Assembly: GCA_051362555.1 (NCBI GenBank)
Contig: CM120640.1
Span: 47,718,788 to 47,782,787, forward strand
Direction of reading: 5' to 3'
Source of the DNA: Lingula anatina
Lineage: Eukaryota > Animalia > Brachiopoda
DNA: 64,000 nt
The notes below the pieces were generated by a model. The model was not told the DNA's origin. It did not search any database and saw only the letters and a program-made list of their open reading frames with translations. The number at the start of each line of letters is the position of its first letter. Positions within the stretch are counted from its first letter, which is position 1. Of the stretch, positions 13,157 through 26,197 are shown piece after piece. Position numbers and translations under genes: made by a program.

Positions 13157-14004
13157 TCATTAAAACAGCTAGCTAATGACACCGGATTTTGTCTTCAGTC
13201 CTCCGAAAATATCAATCTAGAAATGCTACTTTTCCCTTTCGTTGGTTCTATAGATCTCAGATAATTATAGATCTGGTTTTCCTCATGTATTGTTTGTTCT
13301 ATTGATTGACGCTCTGTAATCAATTACATGCTTGTATTAGTCGGATCTGGAGGTTGGGACAATGTCCTCGTCTTTTTAAAAATACGAAATTATTTATCCA
13401 GCCTTCATCTACCTATTAAGGAAATAAGCAAACACCGGTGCCATCCAACCGTAAGAAAAACTTTTTTGCTGCCCTTTGATATCCATTTACCAGGACGGTA
13501 AGAGTATTTTACAGATGCCATATAAATAAAAGAGAAGTCAATATTTCAATTCTTTATTTCCTGATATCCTAATCAGTATCAAGCTCAATTTCATTCCGTG
13601 CACCTTATAATGTGTACGAACGCATTAGCATCGCTACAGGTCAAAACCTCTTAGGTATGGATATTGCTGTCCTAGAACTTGTAATTGTGAAATTAATTGG
13701 CAAATATGAAACCTAGTATTCAACTTACAGTTGACAGTGTCTAAATAGTACAATAGATATTCCGTAAAGTACTTCATTACTTTATTCATAACGGTAATAA
13801 GTTAAAAGCTATAATACAGAGTGAGATTTTTAGAGTATCGAGGTTTTCTAATCGGAAAACGTACAAACGTTCATCCTATCGCTGCGTGTCATCCCTGAAG
13901 GGGCATAGAAAGCCGCACATTGCAGCAGAGAAGAAATGTCTTTTCATTTTGAGTGGACGCCTTGTTCATGCACACCCCGGTTTTCCAAAACAAAATACAT
14001 ATCT

Positions 14005-14009
<5 letters not shown>

Positions 14010-14045
<36 letters not shown>
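14010..14045. repeat. (GA)n microsatellite
   Basis: Direct inspection; a similar run lies at about 3619-3640. Confidence 0.9.
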
Positions 14046-14048
<3 letters not shown>

Positions 14049-14096
14049 GGGTGTTTTTCTTTGCAAAATTCCACTAACTGACAGCGATGGTGGGTG

Positions 14097-14172
14097 TCAA
14101 CCCAGTGTCGATCAAAATCTTGAGAACCGTCGAGTCCGCGTTGTATAACTGTCTTACCTTCAACAAAATTGT
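14097..14172. repeat. 76-bp dispersed direct copy of 14769-14844 (intron 2/exon 3 junction of the fibrinogen-domain gene)
   Basis: TCAACCCA(g/a)TGTCGATCAAAATCTTGAGAACCGTCGAGTC... 70/76 identical by manual alignment, offset 672 bp. Confidence 0.9.
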
Positions 14173-14278
14173 ATCCTGGGTCTACCAGTCCTTCAATCGA
14201 CTGTGAAATAGTTTATGATCTCGCTTATGATCTATCTGTCAAATACTTTTTCAACATGCAGTATTAATAATATTATGT

Positions 14279-14977
14279 TCAGTCACTGGGCCTTACTTTC
14301 ATTTCGACCTTTTTTAAAGAATAAAGCTCGGATCCTCTCAAAGCATACCAAACAATTCCTTCGGCGTTTCTATTTAACCTTTGCGACTGTTCTTCTGACA
14401 TGTACCACCCCATTTTGTATGCGCCATTCAAATTGCTTGCGTAACAATTCTTAAACCACCAACCCCCTTTATTAACCTCGGCGCAATTTCCTTCATACTT
14501 ATCATTATCCATATCTTTAGTACTGAATTCCATCTGGTCATGGTAACTAAGGGAATCGCCTGCATCACCATGGTAACCAAGCACGTGCAGAGGATAGTTT
14601 TCCCGCTCGTCTCCCACTGAGAACCACTTGTATTCTGCAAACTTTTTCCCGCCTTCCCAATCCCACAACTCGATCCGAAGTTTGTACTTCCGTTGATTTG
14701 TAAGATAGTGGATTTTCTTATTACCCATCCAAAATTCGGCGTACGGATTACCGAAGCCGAATTTGTACTCAACCCAATGTCGATCAAAATCTTGAGAACC
14801 GTCGAGTCTGCGTTGTATTACTGTCCAACCTGCAACAAAATTGTGGAGAATAAAAATATCTCTCATGAAGAACAGCACAGATATACATTTTTTCCATAAT
14901 TAATGTTTCTAGAGTTCTGTTGTCTCTGGGCAACGGCTATTTTTGGCGTACTATCTACATACCTTGGCCCCAAAAAA

Positions 14978-15016
<39 letters not shown>

Positions 15017-16396
15017 AATAATAATAATAAAATAAAATAAAAAACAAACAAACAAAATAAGATCTTCATAAGCAAGTGGATATTTAGTCTGTTCTAGCTT
15101 ACCTTCGTTTTCTATCATCTCACAATACACGTCATCTGCATAGTTTTCTCCAAATGGCTGGATCTTATACAATCCGCTCACTCTAAAACCTTGATCATAC
15201 ACGGCCTGGCAGTCTGGAATTGTACACAGACATCAAAAACAGAATTCAGAACAGTGACAGTGTCATACTATTCAGGGCTTTACCCCACAGTAATGAGACC
15301 AAGCGAGTTTTACATCAATTTTAATAATTCCTCATAATTAAAATTAAATTGTATTTGTGAGTAAACTTACAAATGTTGATAAATTTGTACCTGTTGGAAC
15401 AATGCTATTCAAACCTCCCGTCGGACCACTTCCAAGATTATAATTATTAAGAAAAGTTAGCGCACTCCTAGAGAAAGATGCATTCCCCCCCTTCAATGAC
15501 TCAACTACAAATTTCCTGAAATTAAAGTAGTCCATTTTCAATTTTTTAAATTCTTCCATTATTGGAGGACCACTTGGATTGGCAACAAAAAATCGCTGCT
15601 GGGTCTTCATAGTTTCTATCATCATATTTGACTGCTCTTCTCGAAGCTTTGTCAGACTAAGGCGCATAGTTTCAATGTGCTTCTTCCCTTCCTTAGTTTC
15701 CGTTTTTATATCAGATATTTCCGTTTTCAGAGAGTCGATATTTTTTTGAACTTGTGAAAAGAAGTCTCTTAGTTTGTTAACGTTTGCCTGTAAATCATTT
15801 TGTCCCAGTTTCAGTTGAATGTTTTCCCCTTGGATATTGCGCATTTCTCTTTTAACAAGAATCCATTCAGCTTTAAGGTCGCCTACGTTGTTTCTCAGCT
15901 GAGAAGTAAAATCATGAATGGCTGCCAGCTGTTTCTTGCTGTCTTGTGTTTTCAGATCTAGTGAGTCTTGTTCCAAAAGTATTTTCTGGTTTTGATCGCC
16001 AATTCCTTCCACGGTTGAACTCAAACGAAAGATAGACCCCTCGATATTTCTTAAGGACGAACTTGCTGATTGTAGGTCTGTCTCAAACTTGGCCAATTTC
16101 ACGTCCAGATAATTAATCCCTCGCTCAACGTTTACTGAAGCATTTTTTTCATTAAGCAATTCTTGAAACATTTGTACTTTTAGTGACAAAACGTCTTGAT
16201 TTAATCTTGCCGAAACTCCTTCGATCTTATAATCCAGATCGCTCAGTTTTTTCCAAACATCATCATTTGGTTGCCATACCTGCACATTATATGTGCACTG
16301 CCCGGTTTTAGACTGCAATCTTGCCGAATAAGAAATTGAATGTTGATCCGCGAAGACAACGAACAATATTACTAAAAGCGACGTGTTGAGACCCAT
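14279..16396 (-). CDS. Angiopoietin-like / fibrinogen-related secreted protein (signal peptide, coiled coil, C-terminal FBG domain; about 555 aa)
   Basis: Exons 16396-15391, 15213-15103, 14829-14279 (1668 nt). Hydrophobic leader, GQCTY motif and long heptad region, then DCQAVY...SGLYKI...VYCEM..GWTVIQRRLDGSQDFDRHWVEYKFGFG..EFWMG...FSTKDMDND...CA...GGWWFKNC..SNLNG. Confidence 0.93.
14976..15016. repeat. (AAAT)n microsatellite
   Basis: Direct inspection; another (AAAT)n run lies at about 31296-31355. Confidence 0.9.
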
Positions 16397-18012
16397 GATG
16401 AAATTTTGGTACTGATCAGCATGCGCGCCGTAAGACCTGTCTGAAGTAAGCCCTGCTTTGATTACGAAATACAGGATAAGGCCAAGGAATAATTCTATTT
16501 TGTTAGACGGACATTCTATACGGAGGCCAGTTTCACGAAGCGATTTAAAATTTTGAACTTAGCTCGGATCGTTTCTGCTGTGTTTAAACCGTGTTGGAGA
16601 AGACACCCTAGCTGCGACCATTGCAGTGGTAAGCGAAGGCCAAAATTCTCTCTTCATGCGGTCGCAAGGGTGGTTTTAGTTCCGACACCATATTTAATTA
16701 GGTCGGTTGCGCGATATTTTAGAATAGCAATCTACGATTATATCGCAAAGAATTGGAAAAATAAAAATGTAATTGACTTCCCAAAATAGCCTACTGGCAA
16801 CAGTGAGTAAAACTGGTGACAAGACAATAAGAATTAAGTAGAATTTAACGTGAAGAGTTTAGTTTAAGACTAGAAATTCGAGCTAAGGGGGAATTTGGAT
16901 TCTCTGCGACTCCAACACATTTCTAATCATTTGACTCACCCGCACATCCTTTCCCATTCATAACCCGTAACCCAAATGTTTTTATAACCACATCCTTACC
17001 AGTAGATTAGGAATGAACAGGATTTTGCCCACTGACCTGCCAAACGGGAATCTTATACATTCGTTCGTTCCTTTGGTAAAGCGTTCAATCAATTAGCCAA
17101 TACAGCGGCGTTGAAGGAAGTATCGGCAAGGGAAAAGTACCAAAATTATCGCGCCTCAAAAGGTTGTTGCTTACACCTTTGGATGGTCCGAAACATCTGA
17201 ACTCCAGGTTGATATATAGACCGTTACAATATAATTTGGGATTTTCTACATTCTCATTAGTACACAACTCCTCCGCCACCTCGACTTAGAATAGGTAACT
17301 GCTGTTATTAAGTGTACAAGTTTTCAGTGTCCACTTCGAAACACAGGTCCATTTTCCTTTCAATAAAGCTAACAATGAATGTTTGATTTATTTTATTTGA
17401 AACATGAGCGATGTTCACTCTGTGAATAATATTGATGTTCTAAAAACGCAACAGTGAAATCAAGTAACAAATAAATTTTTAGTCATCAAACATGTAACAA
17501 GTTTACAAATACAATACCATGTTTGGCATAAAAGGCCCCCCATTGGGCTTCTTTGTAGAACGTGCACAACTTAAACATACTTTTAGTAGACCACCACCAG
17601 TAAGTAGAAAATAGTGCTTATACACAAAAAAAATCCTTATATATTATATAAACAAAAAATGCCCCCCAAAAATCCTTTTTTATCTTTTTATATAAATGTA
17701 AAATTCTAGCACAACATAACAAATTTGACCTACACAATAACAAAAATCCAGAAATTTCAAGTGTTAACTCATTTCTTCGTCATCACCATTTTATTTTTTA
17801 CCCCACCTATTTACCTTACTTCCCACGCTGATAACAAGTTATCAAAAAAAGGGTTTCTGAAAAGACAGAGTCAAAGGCATCTATGCCAATTCACTGTTAA
17901 CTTCTGCCATGTGTTGTAATTGATTTTCATTGCTTTTACTTCGACTTCTTTAACTTTTGCAACTAATAAATGAATAAATCCCAAAACAGTTGACACCTTC
18001 AGTCTACGTTCA

Positions 18013-21000
18013 TCAAGCTGCGTTTGTCTCAAATGACTGACCAACTAATGGCACCTCGGTGAGAGCATCATCTGTCCTACCAATTTCATCTAAAGATAAA
18101 AATGACTATTTTTAATGCTGATGTCATGTAAACAAACATCTTGAAGAAAAAAAGGTTCCTGACATGTTTAATTATCCATATGTGTAAAATTACGTGAAAC
18201 TGATTGAAAAACAAAAAGAAGACCTGAAGAGATAAGGAATTTGGCCACAAGCCATAATTGGTTTCAGAGTTTGTAAGGTATGGGGTATATCATAGACTTA
18301 AAAAAAAAAAAGGAAGTGATGGTTATTCTACCCCTCTATTTATGTAAGATAAATGTTTAGCCCCAAACTATTATTTGTATTTCTTTACCATCTGAATCTA
18401 AGGTGACATCATCTGCCTTCTTCCAGCCACACATGGAGTTAATTACCTTCTTACTCAGTGCCACATCACGATGGAAACGCACTGAAAAAATATAAATATA
18501 AACAATGACAAGAATGGTGGGTAGTAAACAAATTTTCAAATCTGTGATGAGTGAAGAGAAAATTAACAGCACTGTGGGTGCCAAGGCATGCTACCTGAAA
18601 GGACAAAATAATTGCTAAAATTTCTAAAATGCAGATGAAATTCATAAAAATTCAGTGCAAAACAAACGAAACTCATTTGAAGCCATTATCATTGAACCAT
18701 AATGAGTTGTTTTAATATACCTATGGTAACTTCATAACAAAAGTGACATTCAAAAATGGATGACAGATAACTTACTTCTCAAATTCTGCATTTGTGCCAA
18801 AAGCACATTGTTGGCTTGTGTTTTAAGGTTCAACATATTTCTCAAATATTCATTTTCCTCTGAAAAGATCACAATAAAATGACAATGTCATGCTAGTGGC
18901 TTTTTCATATAAATCACAAATTTATCTACAATATTTATTAACACTCAGCCCCAAATGTACTAAAGCAATAGATAACTAAAAAAAGACTATTTCTTTCACT
19001 ATGAAATATCACTGTAATTATATCAATGTTTAAAATCATATTTAAAAAAACTACTTAGTAAAAACACACACTTACCCATGAGATGGTGAATGAAATATCT
19101 ATGTGAGCCTAACTGTCTTCTCATTCTGTTCAAATCAGTGTCAGAAGTTACAGAGTCATCTGCAGGCTGACAAGTGACAACTCCAACCGGTACGTCAATT
19201 TTGGGCTGAAACTGGGCAAATGTGGTTGCAGCTGCTTTTGGAACTTCTGCTGCTGTTGTTGTTTTTCCAGGACAATTGTTATTGTGGTCTGACGCTGATG
19301 TTACATTGAGTCTTGCCAGACCACCAAACAAAGGAGACTGTCTTGAGTAATGGGAGTTGGGCTGATTTTGCTTTTTCGTGTCAATATTCACTGCACGGGC
19401 ACTCGGAGACTCGGGTACAGAAGAAAACTGGTGAGGCAAAGATGAACTCTTGAACCCAAAGACTCTTGAGTTAGGATGAAGTGGTGATCCTTGATATCCA
19501 CTTCTACGTAAGAATCCAGAAGGACGAACTGTTTCTTGACCTATTCCCCCACCATTCACCACCAACTGTTTTTTCAACAAGGAATTCCTTTCCATATCTA
19601 CTGGCACTGGACACAGCAATTGTCCTTCATGACCTGTAACACCTGGTCTCATCACGCGGTCAGTGCTCACTGACTGGACAGAGGATGGGCATTCTGGTTC
19701 TGGTACTGGTGGCTGAGATGACATGTGATTTTTGTTATGGTCTTGCTCAGGGACTTGGCCAGTACAACCCTGGGCACTGCCCACTGCTGTTCTTGGTGAC
19801 ACCTTTGGTCTAGATATAACATCTGACTGGTAAGAGCTAACAGGCTGGTTCCTGGAAACAGTATTTATTGTAAAATATTTCAATTATTTTTTAAATGATG
19901 CAATATAAATCATGAAATCTATCTGATCAAATACCATTACATATTGTACATACTGTGTATGCTCATTAATAGGGTATCTCAATGCAATTAGGCCTACCTG
20001 TTATATATTTGACATGTGTTAAGAGAGTCGTAATGAAATCGGTGAGCTTGCACACCTAGATATGTTTTATACTTACCTGACCCTATTCAGGACAGTCTCC
20101 CACAACTGCAGCATCCTGGGGGTGACATCCTTGGAATCCAGCAGTATTCTTCCTCTAGTCTCCACATCATGGCCACATGTACGGTCCCCCTCATGGCTGT
20201 GGTGTGAAAAACCATACCACGAGAAGAATTTCTCGCAAATCACACAGCGTATACATAAGGACAGGGCATGCTTGCACAGGTAGGCATGGAGCACACCTCT
20301 TTCTACTGTGCTGCTGCAAGGAGACACACACTCCACAGGCAAGTAGGACGTCACAGGCATAGTGGCAGGAAGGGACATCTCACCTTTCCTTTCAGAATTT
20401 GTTGGACCTAAAGCTTAAAATCACAGAGGATATTAACATTAATGATAAGGTAAACAAAAAATGTAGTCTTTTAAATATCTGTCATATGCTCCCCTTATAA
20501 GAAAAAAAGATGGTAACCATTGGAATGCGGACTATATAGCAAAATATGCAGATAATGCAACATAAAAAAAGGTATGAAAATACTTTCTTGACCACTTCTA
20601 GAGCTTGTAAATTATTTGCGCTAATGGTGTACCTTCCTGAAGGGTTTTTCTCTCATCCACAGGCCTGACTACAGTGACAACTGGAGCCAATGGCTTCACT
20701 TTAGCCTCCCTAGAGCCTGGCACTGCCTTTGCCTTGACCCCTTTAGGAGAGGACATATCTTTCCTCTTTGTTATCCTGGGAGAGGATATTCCTTTCACCT
20801 TCTCCTTTTTAGGTGAAAACAATGCTTTCATCTTGGCCACTTTTGCAGATATCTCTGGTTTGATCTGTGCTTCCTTCAGAGAAGCCATGACTTTCACCTT
20901 GGCATCCACTGCATCGGTTGTGTTGAGGCTCTGTTGTTTATACACAGTTTTACATTCTGGTTGTGTGGACAGCTTGTTGACTGTGTCTTCCAATTTTTTC

Positions 21001-22754
21001 AAAGATGCTGAAGCTGCAGATGGGTCAAGACTGGTCTGATTGTCTGGACCTCTGTGGTGTGGGTTTGCATTGGCCTTAGAGTCAAATGAACCAGCATCAG
21101 ATCTTGAAATGAAAATGTTATGTTTTATTTAACACATATTTCATTATTTGCAGAAAATCACTTCAAACAAAAGCAAACTAGTAAAATTATACATCCAACT
21201 TGATTAATTTCAATAAGATGTATAGAACAGAGATGTCATGTCAAAAAAGATCTGACTTGTTTATGACAAACTAATTATAATTAAAGTCATAATAATAACT
21301 AAGAAAAAAAGAGGGATTAATATACCCAATTGTTTTTTTTAAGTCAAATCCAACCACACTAACCTGTCTGTCTGTGTTTCATACAGAACTCCATCTAAAT
21401 ATGAAGAGGCACCAAATGTAATATTATATCCAGGACTAGGATTGGGTAAAGGACTTAAGAATGTCACTGGACGGACCTCACACTGGGGTGGCTTGGTCTC
21501 CTTTTCATCTTTCTCAGAATTTCTTGCCTCAGTATCAGCAAATGGACAGGCACCAGTATTTACTGTTTCCAAAAATCCAGAATCTTCTCCATTTCTGTCC
21601 TCTTCCATTTCATCGTCAAAACAGTTGGATTTCTCATCAGCTATGTACAATTTAGGGCTGTCTTCCTGGTTTTCCTCATTTTCTCCTGAGATCAAACATG
21701 ATGTTGAAGTCTCATCCACCTCTTTCTTAACTTTGGGAAGGATTTTTCTAAACTGAGGAAGAGCATTCTGCCTTTTCTTTTGTGATAAGCTCTGTTTATT
21801 TTTTCTCTCTCCAGCTGTTCTACCATTTTTTTTCTTCATTTCCTTTTTGTCCAAAATGACAAATTTCAATGGAGGATGGTCAGTGTCCTGATTTTGAGAG
21901 GATGACTCGACAGACTCCATACTTTCCCCACTCTCTGTGTCTGGTGGTGGTGGAGTGCCACTCATTGAGAGCCCCTTTCTCATCCACTCATATACCTTCT
22001 GAGCATCGTTCTCACTGACCAGACAACTGTAGTTGCTGTAATTCAAACTCAGATCTTTACACAACTGGGCAATGGCTGCTTTTTCTTCTGGCAAACACTG
22101 AACAGATTTAAACATGCTGTTACAGGCAACACCAAAGTGGGCTGATGTTACATTACGAAACTTGCTCAAAGCTTGGCGCAGATGATTACGAACAAAGTAT
22201 TTTTCTTCTTCCCTTAGAACATAAGGTAACTTAAATCCATGAAAGTCAGCCACCCCACTATCTTTGGTAGGCTCTACTTTGCTTAGCCTGCTCCTGCATG
22301 ATGAGTTGGATCTTCTTCTGGTTTTAACTTGTACCTCTTTCTTTTCATACAAGTGAACAGGAGACTGGGGAAAATCTACATAATCATGATCTGACACAGT
22401 CTTGAATGTTGCCCTGTCTGACGCATCTAGAAACTTAATTGGCACTGTGGCTTTTCTTTTTTGGTTAGAACTGCGGTAGCTATGATCACCTATAGTACTA
22501 TTATCTAAAGATTCTTTATGTGCTGAATCTTTAAAAATTTGATCAGCATCTCCCCTGAAGAAAAATTCATTGGAAGCAGGAATATCAAAAGATGGGGTTT
22601 TCATATTTAGATCTCTTTCATCTTCCTCATAGGTATGTTCACAGGGAACTTTGCTGCAAATGTTTGGCCAGAAAGGAAGAGACTGCAAATTTTGTCTTAG
22701 TGATTGTCTTTTACGTCGTAATTCTGCAAGCACTGCTTTCAGCCTTTCATCCAT
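18013..22754 (-). CDS. Divergent SKI/SKOR-family-like nuclear protein (Ski/Sno/Dac-like domain, SAND-like SMAD4-binding-type domain, C-terminal coiled coil; about 1073 aa)
   Basis: Phase-consistent exons 22754-21364, 21102-20633, 20407-20077, 19851-19076, 18859-18776, 18481-18389, 18089-18013 (3222 nt). FHGFKLPYVLREEEKYF...C.PEEKA...SCLVSENDAQKV resembles the SKI DHD. RGVLHAYLCKHALSLCIRCVICEKFFSWYGFSHHSHEGDRTC resembles the SKI CIQCLDC..F..HSH..RTC zinc motif. Confidence 0.65.
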
Positions 22755-24740
22755 ACCAATGCTGTTATAAAAAAAGAAAAATAATCATAACCACATCTTG
22801 CTTGTCATTAATTCTTAACGTAAGTCTGACTGAGTGTTTAACGTTAACAAAGGCTTCCTTATTGCTTAATATTTTCTAATTATTTCTACAAATATTCAAC
22901 ACATCTCTATAACCGTAACGCGCAAGACGGAGCAACTCTCATACTTACACTTAATGTTCACATATGGCACTATTTATTAATATTCTTTATTTTATTTCTG
23001 CAAATACTCATTATCAACTCTAAAACCTTAATGTGCTCCATCTTTCTCCTGATAAATGTTACACACAATGTCAATGTATTATGTAGTCCGCCATTAGCTC
23101 ATCGCGCCAAAAAACTTCATGCGCTTAATTAGGATTTTTACCTTCTGTGTCAAGCCTCACTGCTAACATCTGTTGTGAACTAGTATATTAAAACGAATTT
23201 AGTCAATGGCGTTTCTTCATACCCACCTTTTTTAATTGAAATCGGTTGTAGGTTTGAATAACCCTCGCACGCCTCTGTACTTAATCCTTTTATGCCGAAC
23301 GCACTCAACCCGGAGACTAAAATAAAGAATTGTTTTAAACCCCACAGGCACTCTGTGATTTTTCGATCTCACGATCTCAGTCTCTAACAGATAAGTTTAG
23401 GTCTGTGTGGTGTAGTTATTAACTCCTGTGAGTCAAAATGGGTGGAATAAAAAAAGTAAAAACGAATTTACGAACAGCGTCTTGAAAAGTTAAAGTGTCA
23501 ACCCGTCAGTATTCTTTATTTTACCAGATTCCTCTTCACGTGACTTAAAGCGCACGTTCACAAACGTCACGATGAGCACAATTTACTCTTGGCCTGTTTG
23601 TCTACTACTACTCTTTTGCTGTCATAATGATTTGTCATAGACTTAGATATACTGTATTGTATAGCCTACCGAGTAGTAGATTAAGTTCGAGTTTTTTTAT
23701 TTTCTTTATTTTTGTGAAATTCGAGTATCAGGCTCCGCACCAGACAGAGTAGAACTCCGATAAATCTGACCACTTGTCATTTCTTGCTAGTATAAAACGT
23801 CTGCGTGTAGGATCGGGCCTACTAGTATAGAATGCATAATTTATGTGCCAGCCAGTATTACCTTTTTGTAAGAGTCTTAAAAGTTAAGATGGATAAAAGA
23901 CGACTGGCATTAGTATCTAATGTAGCTAAAATATTGAAAGTTCGAAGCTGGCAAGCCTGTTTTGATGGGGCATTTCAAGAGAATGATAGACCAATGCCTC
24001 ACTTTTAGAAGTAGGCCTATTCAATCACTCTGGACAAACGAAACATTGTGTAAGAAAAATGTTTTAAAAAATCACTCGTCCTTGTGCATTTGTTGCAGGA
24101 TATTTGTTTATAAGCAATCAATGCTACTCTAATTTAGGCCTACACTTTAAAGGGCAACCCTTTTCCAAAGAGAGTGCAACAAAGTTAATTTGACAAAGGT
24201 CGATATTTAGGGACGACGAACACAGCTCACTTTCAATCACATTAAAAAGTACTCCTGTTTTCACTCGAATTAATGGACTGTACAAATCTTGGGGAGGTTC
24301 ATCCGTAACCGATATTGTAAAACGGTGCGACAGCCAGGCTTCAGATGAGTATATGTTGGGTAAGATCTTCAACGGACCCGCCACCCCCAAGCAGTTAATG
24401 GCCCTGTCCTGAATGTAGTAGCCTGTTCTCTGATCCTTTGTAACCCATGCAACCATCTCGTCTTTTTATATACGTTTTATATTTTAACCTTTGAATTTTA
24501 CCAAGTTTTCCTTCTAACCAAAACTCAAGCGTTGATTTTTATTTTTAAGAATGTCTGCAAACAGTACAAGCAGTGTAAATTTTGTCACATTTCAATTGTG
24601 TTGAGATGTCTGCACAACTGGCGCAATGCTAGGTGAGGACTAGTATTTCTTCACATGGTCAATTTTAGCTATCCCCCCTTGTTTATATTAAACACGAATG
24701 ATGAGACCCCTCCCTAAAATTTGCTTCCAAAATACCCATA

Positions 24741-24775
<35 letters not shown>

Positions 24776-24796
24776 AGAGAAAAAAAGCCAGTGTCA

Positions 24797-24954
24797 TGCA
24801 TGCAGAGGGCTGATTGTGTATGAGGTGTTATGGTGTATTACTTTTGTAAATGTTTAACTGCTGGGCAAGCAATCAATGCTCCTTGCGTGCAGAGACTAGA
24901 GAGTGTGATATAGATTAAGAGCTTCTCTCTTTAAAGTTGTGTCTGATTACAGTT
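24797..24954 (+). ncRNA. Candidate H/ACA-like RNA (hairpin-H box-hairpin-ACA), possibly intronic in a non-coding host
   Basis: About 20-bp stem TGCATGCAGAGGGCTGATTG / CAATCAATGCTCCTTGCGTGCA, ANANNA (AGACTA 24893-24898), weaker second hairpin, ACA at 24949-24951. No guide target identified. Confidence 0.2.
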
Positions 24955-26197
24955 TATTGTTCAACAATATCGATTTATCATGCTTCTGATTCTCTTTAGT
25001 AATACTTTTTTTGGCAAGTTTCCTGATGCTAAACTTCTTATTTTCACATTAATAGAAAACCAGCCCAATTCTCAGATTTTATCTGGCCATCAATAAAATC
25101 ATGTATCACCGTCTGCTCGTTTTCTCAGATGGATTTCATTATCTTAAACATTGAAAAAAAAGCAGTGATTATGCTAATTGTCTTAACCATGGAGAAGAAC
25201 ATATGGAATGTATTTTTTATCTCAATATAGATTATTTGTTAAAGAGTTTTGAAAGAAAAAGACAAAGTGAAAATAAAATTTAACACCTTTTAATTAAAAA
25301 TCCTATTGCCGCATATTCATACATTTCTGTGACTAATTCTGTGCAAATCTCTGTACATTCAGAATTTTTGCACAGAAACCAAGAAATGATGTAATTACCA
25401 AACTGGCCTTGGTAGAGAGTAAATTAAAGTAATGAAAGAATATGACTTTAAATGTAGTTCCATCTGTACTAGCTGTAGGCATAGCACAGCTTCAGAAAGT
25501 ATTAGAAGCATTTGCAATAAATAATGAAGTGATTTTACAACTACAACAACCAAGACCATGAATAAGATCTCAAGATATTTCCACAGTGTTGCTCTGAGCT
25601 TCATTTTGATTTGGCTATCCTGTTAAATTTGTTTCCAACTATCAACCATGAGGGTGTCAGCCGTCTGCCAGCCTTATCAAGAAAAAATTCCATTGCTTTA
25701 CTGCAGCTCCAAAATAGTTTTGAAATCAATGACAATGGGGTAAAAATTAATTACTATGCCAAATTGGTGATACAGTAGTCATTATACCCAAATAAATGTA
25801 TTTGCGAATTTTGATACAGATAACACTACATCCGTTAGAAAAAAATCATACAGAATAACCACACAGATGTTTCCTCCACATTAAGGCTAATTTATTTTGA
25901 AAGCCAATGGTACTGACTTGATGACTATGCAACAGTTTCTTTTATTGTGGTCTGGATAACAGACAGCAGAATGAGCATCTATGCATTGCTGTAATATAAC
26001 TTATAAAATAATGACAAATGAAAGAGGCATTCGGCTTGTGTCCCACCAGCTGACAAGATCATCTGCTAAATTAAAAACCTAAACCATACAGAAACAAAGC
26101 ACAAGTTGAAGTTTTTTTTTTATCATATCCATGTTCAGAGTTCATTCATTATGCTTTTCACAGACTCTTAGTGTGGGTCATTTTTCAATAATCACAG

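Noticed and set aside
23795-23830. Hairpin followed by CTAGT resembling a Helitron 3' end
   Set aside because: The stem is too short, and no 5' end or second copy is visible.
24124-24456. 110-aa minus-strand ORF; also 7774-8301, 17085-17279, 30926-31234 and ORFs beyond 60700
   Set aside because: No recognisable motifs; these are intronic, antisense or low-complexity open frames expected by chance.
24480-24954. Telomerase RNA upstream of the H/ACA-like unit
   Set aside because: No CTAACCCTAA template or pseudoknot was found. The CTAAC at 24514 fits a branch point better, and the P6.1-like loop lacks the conserved G.
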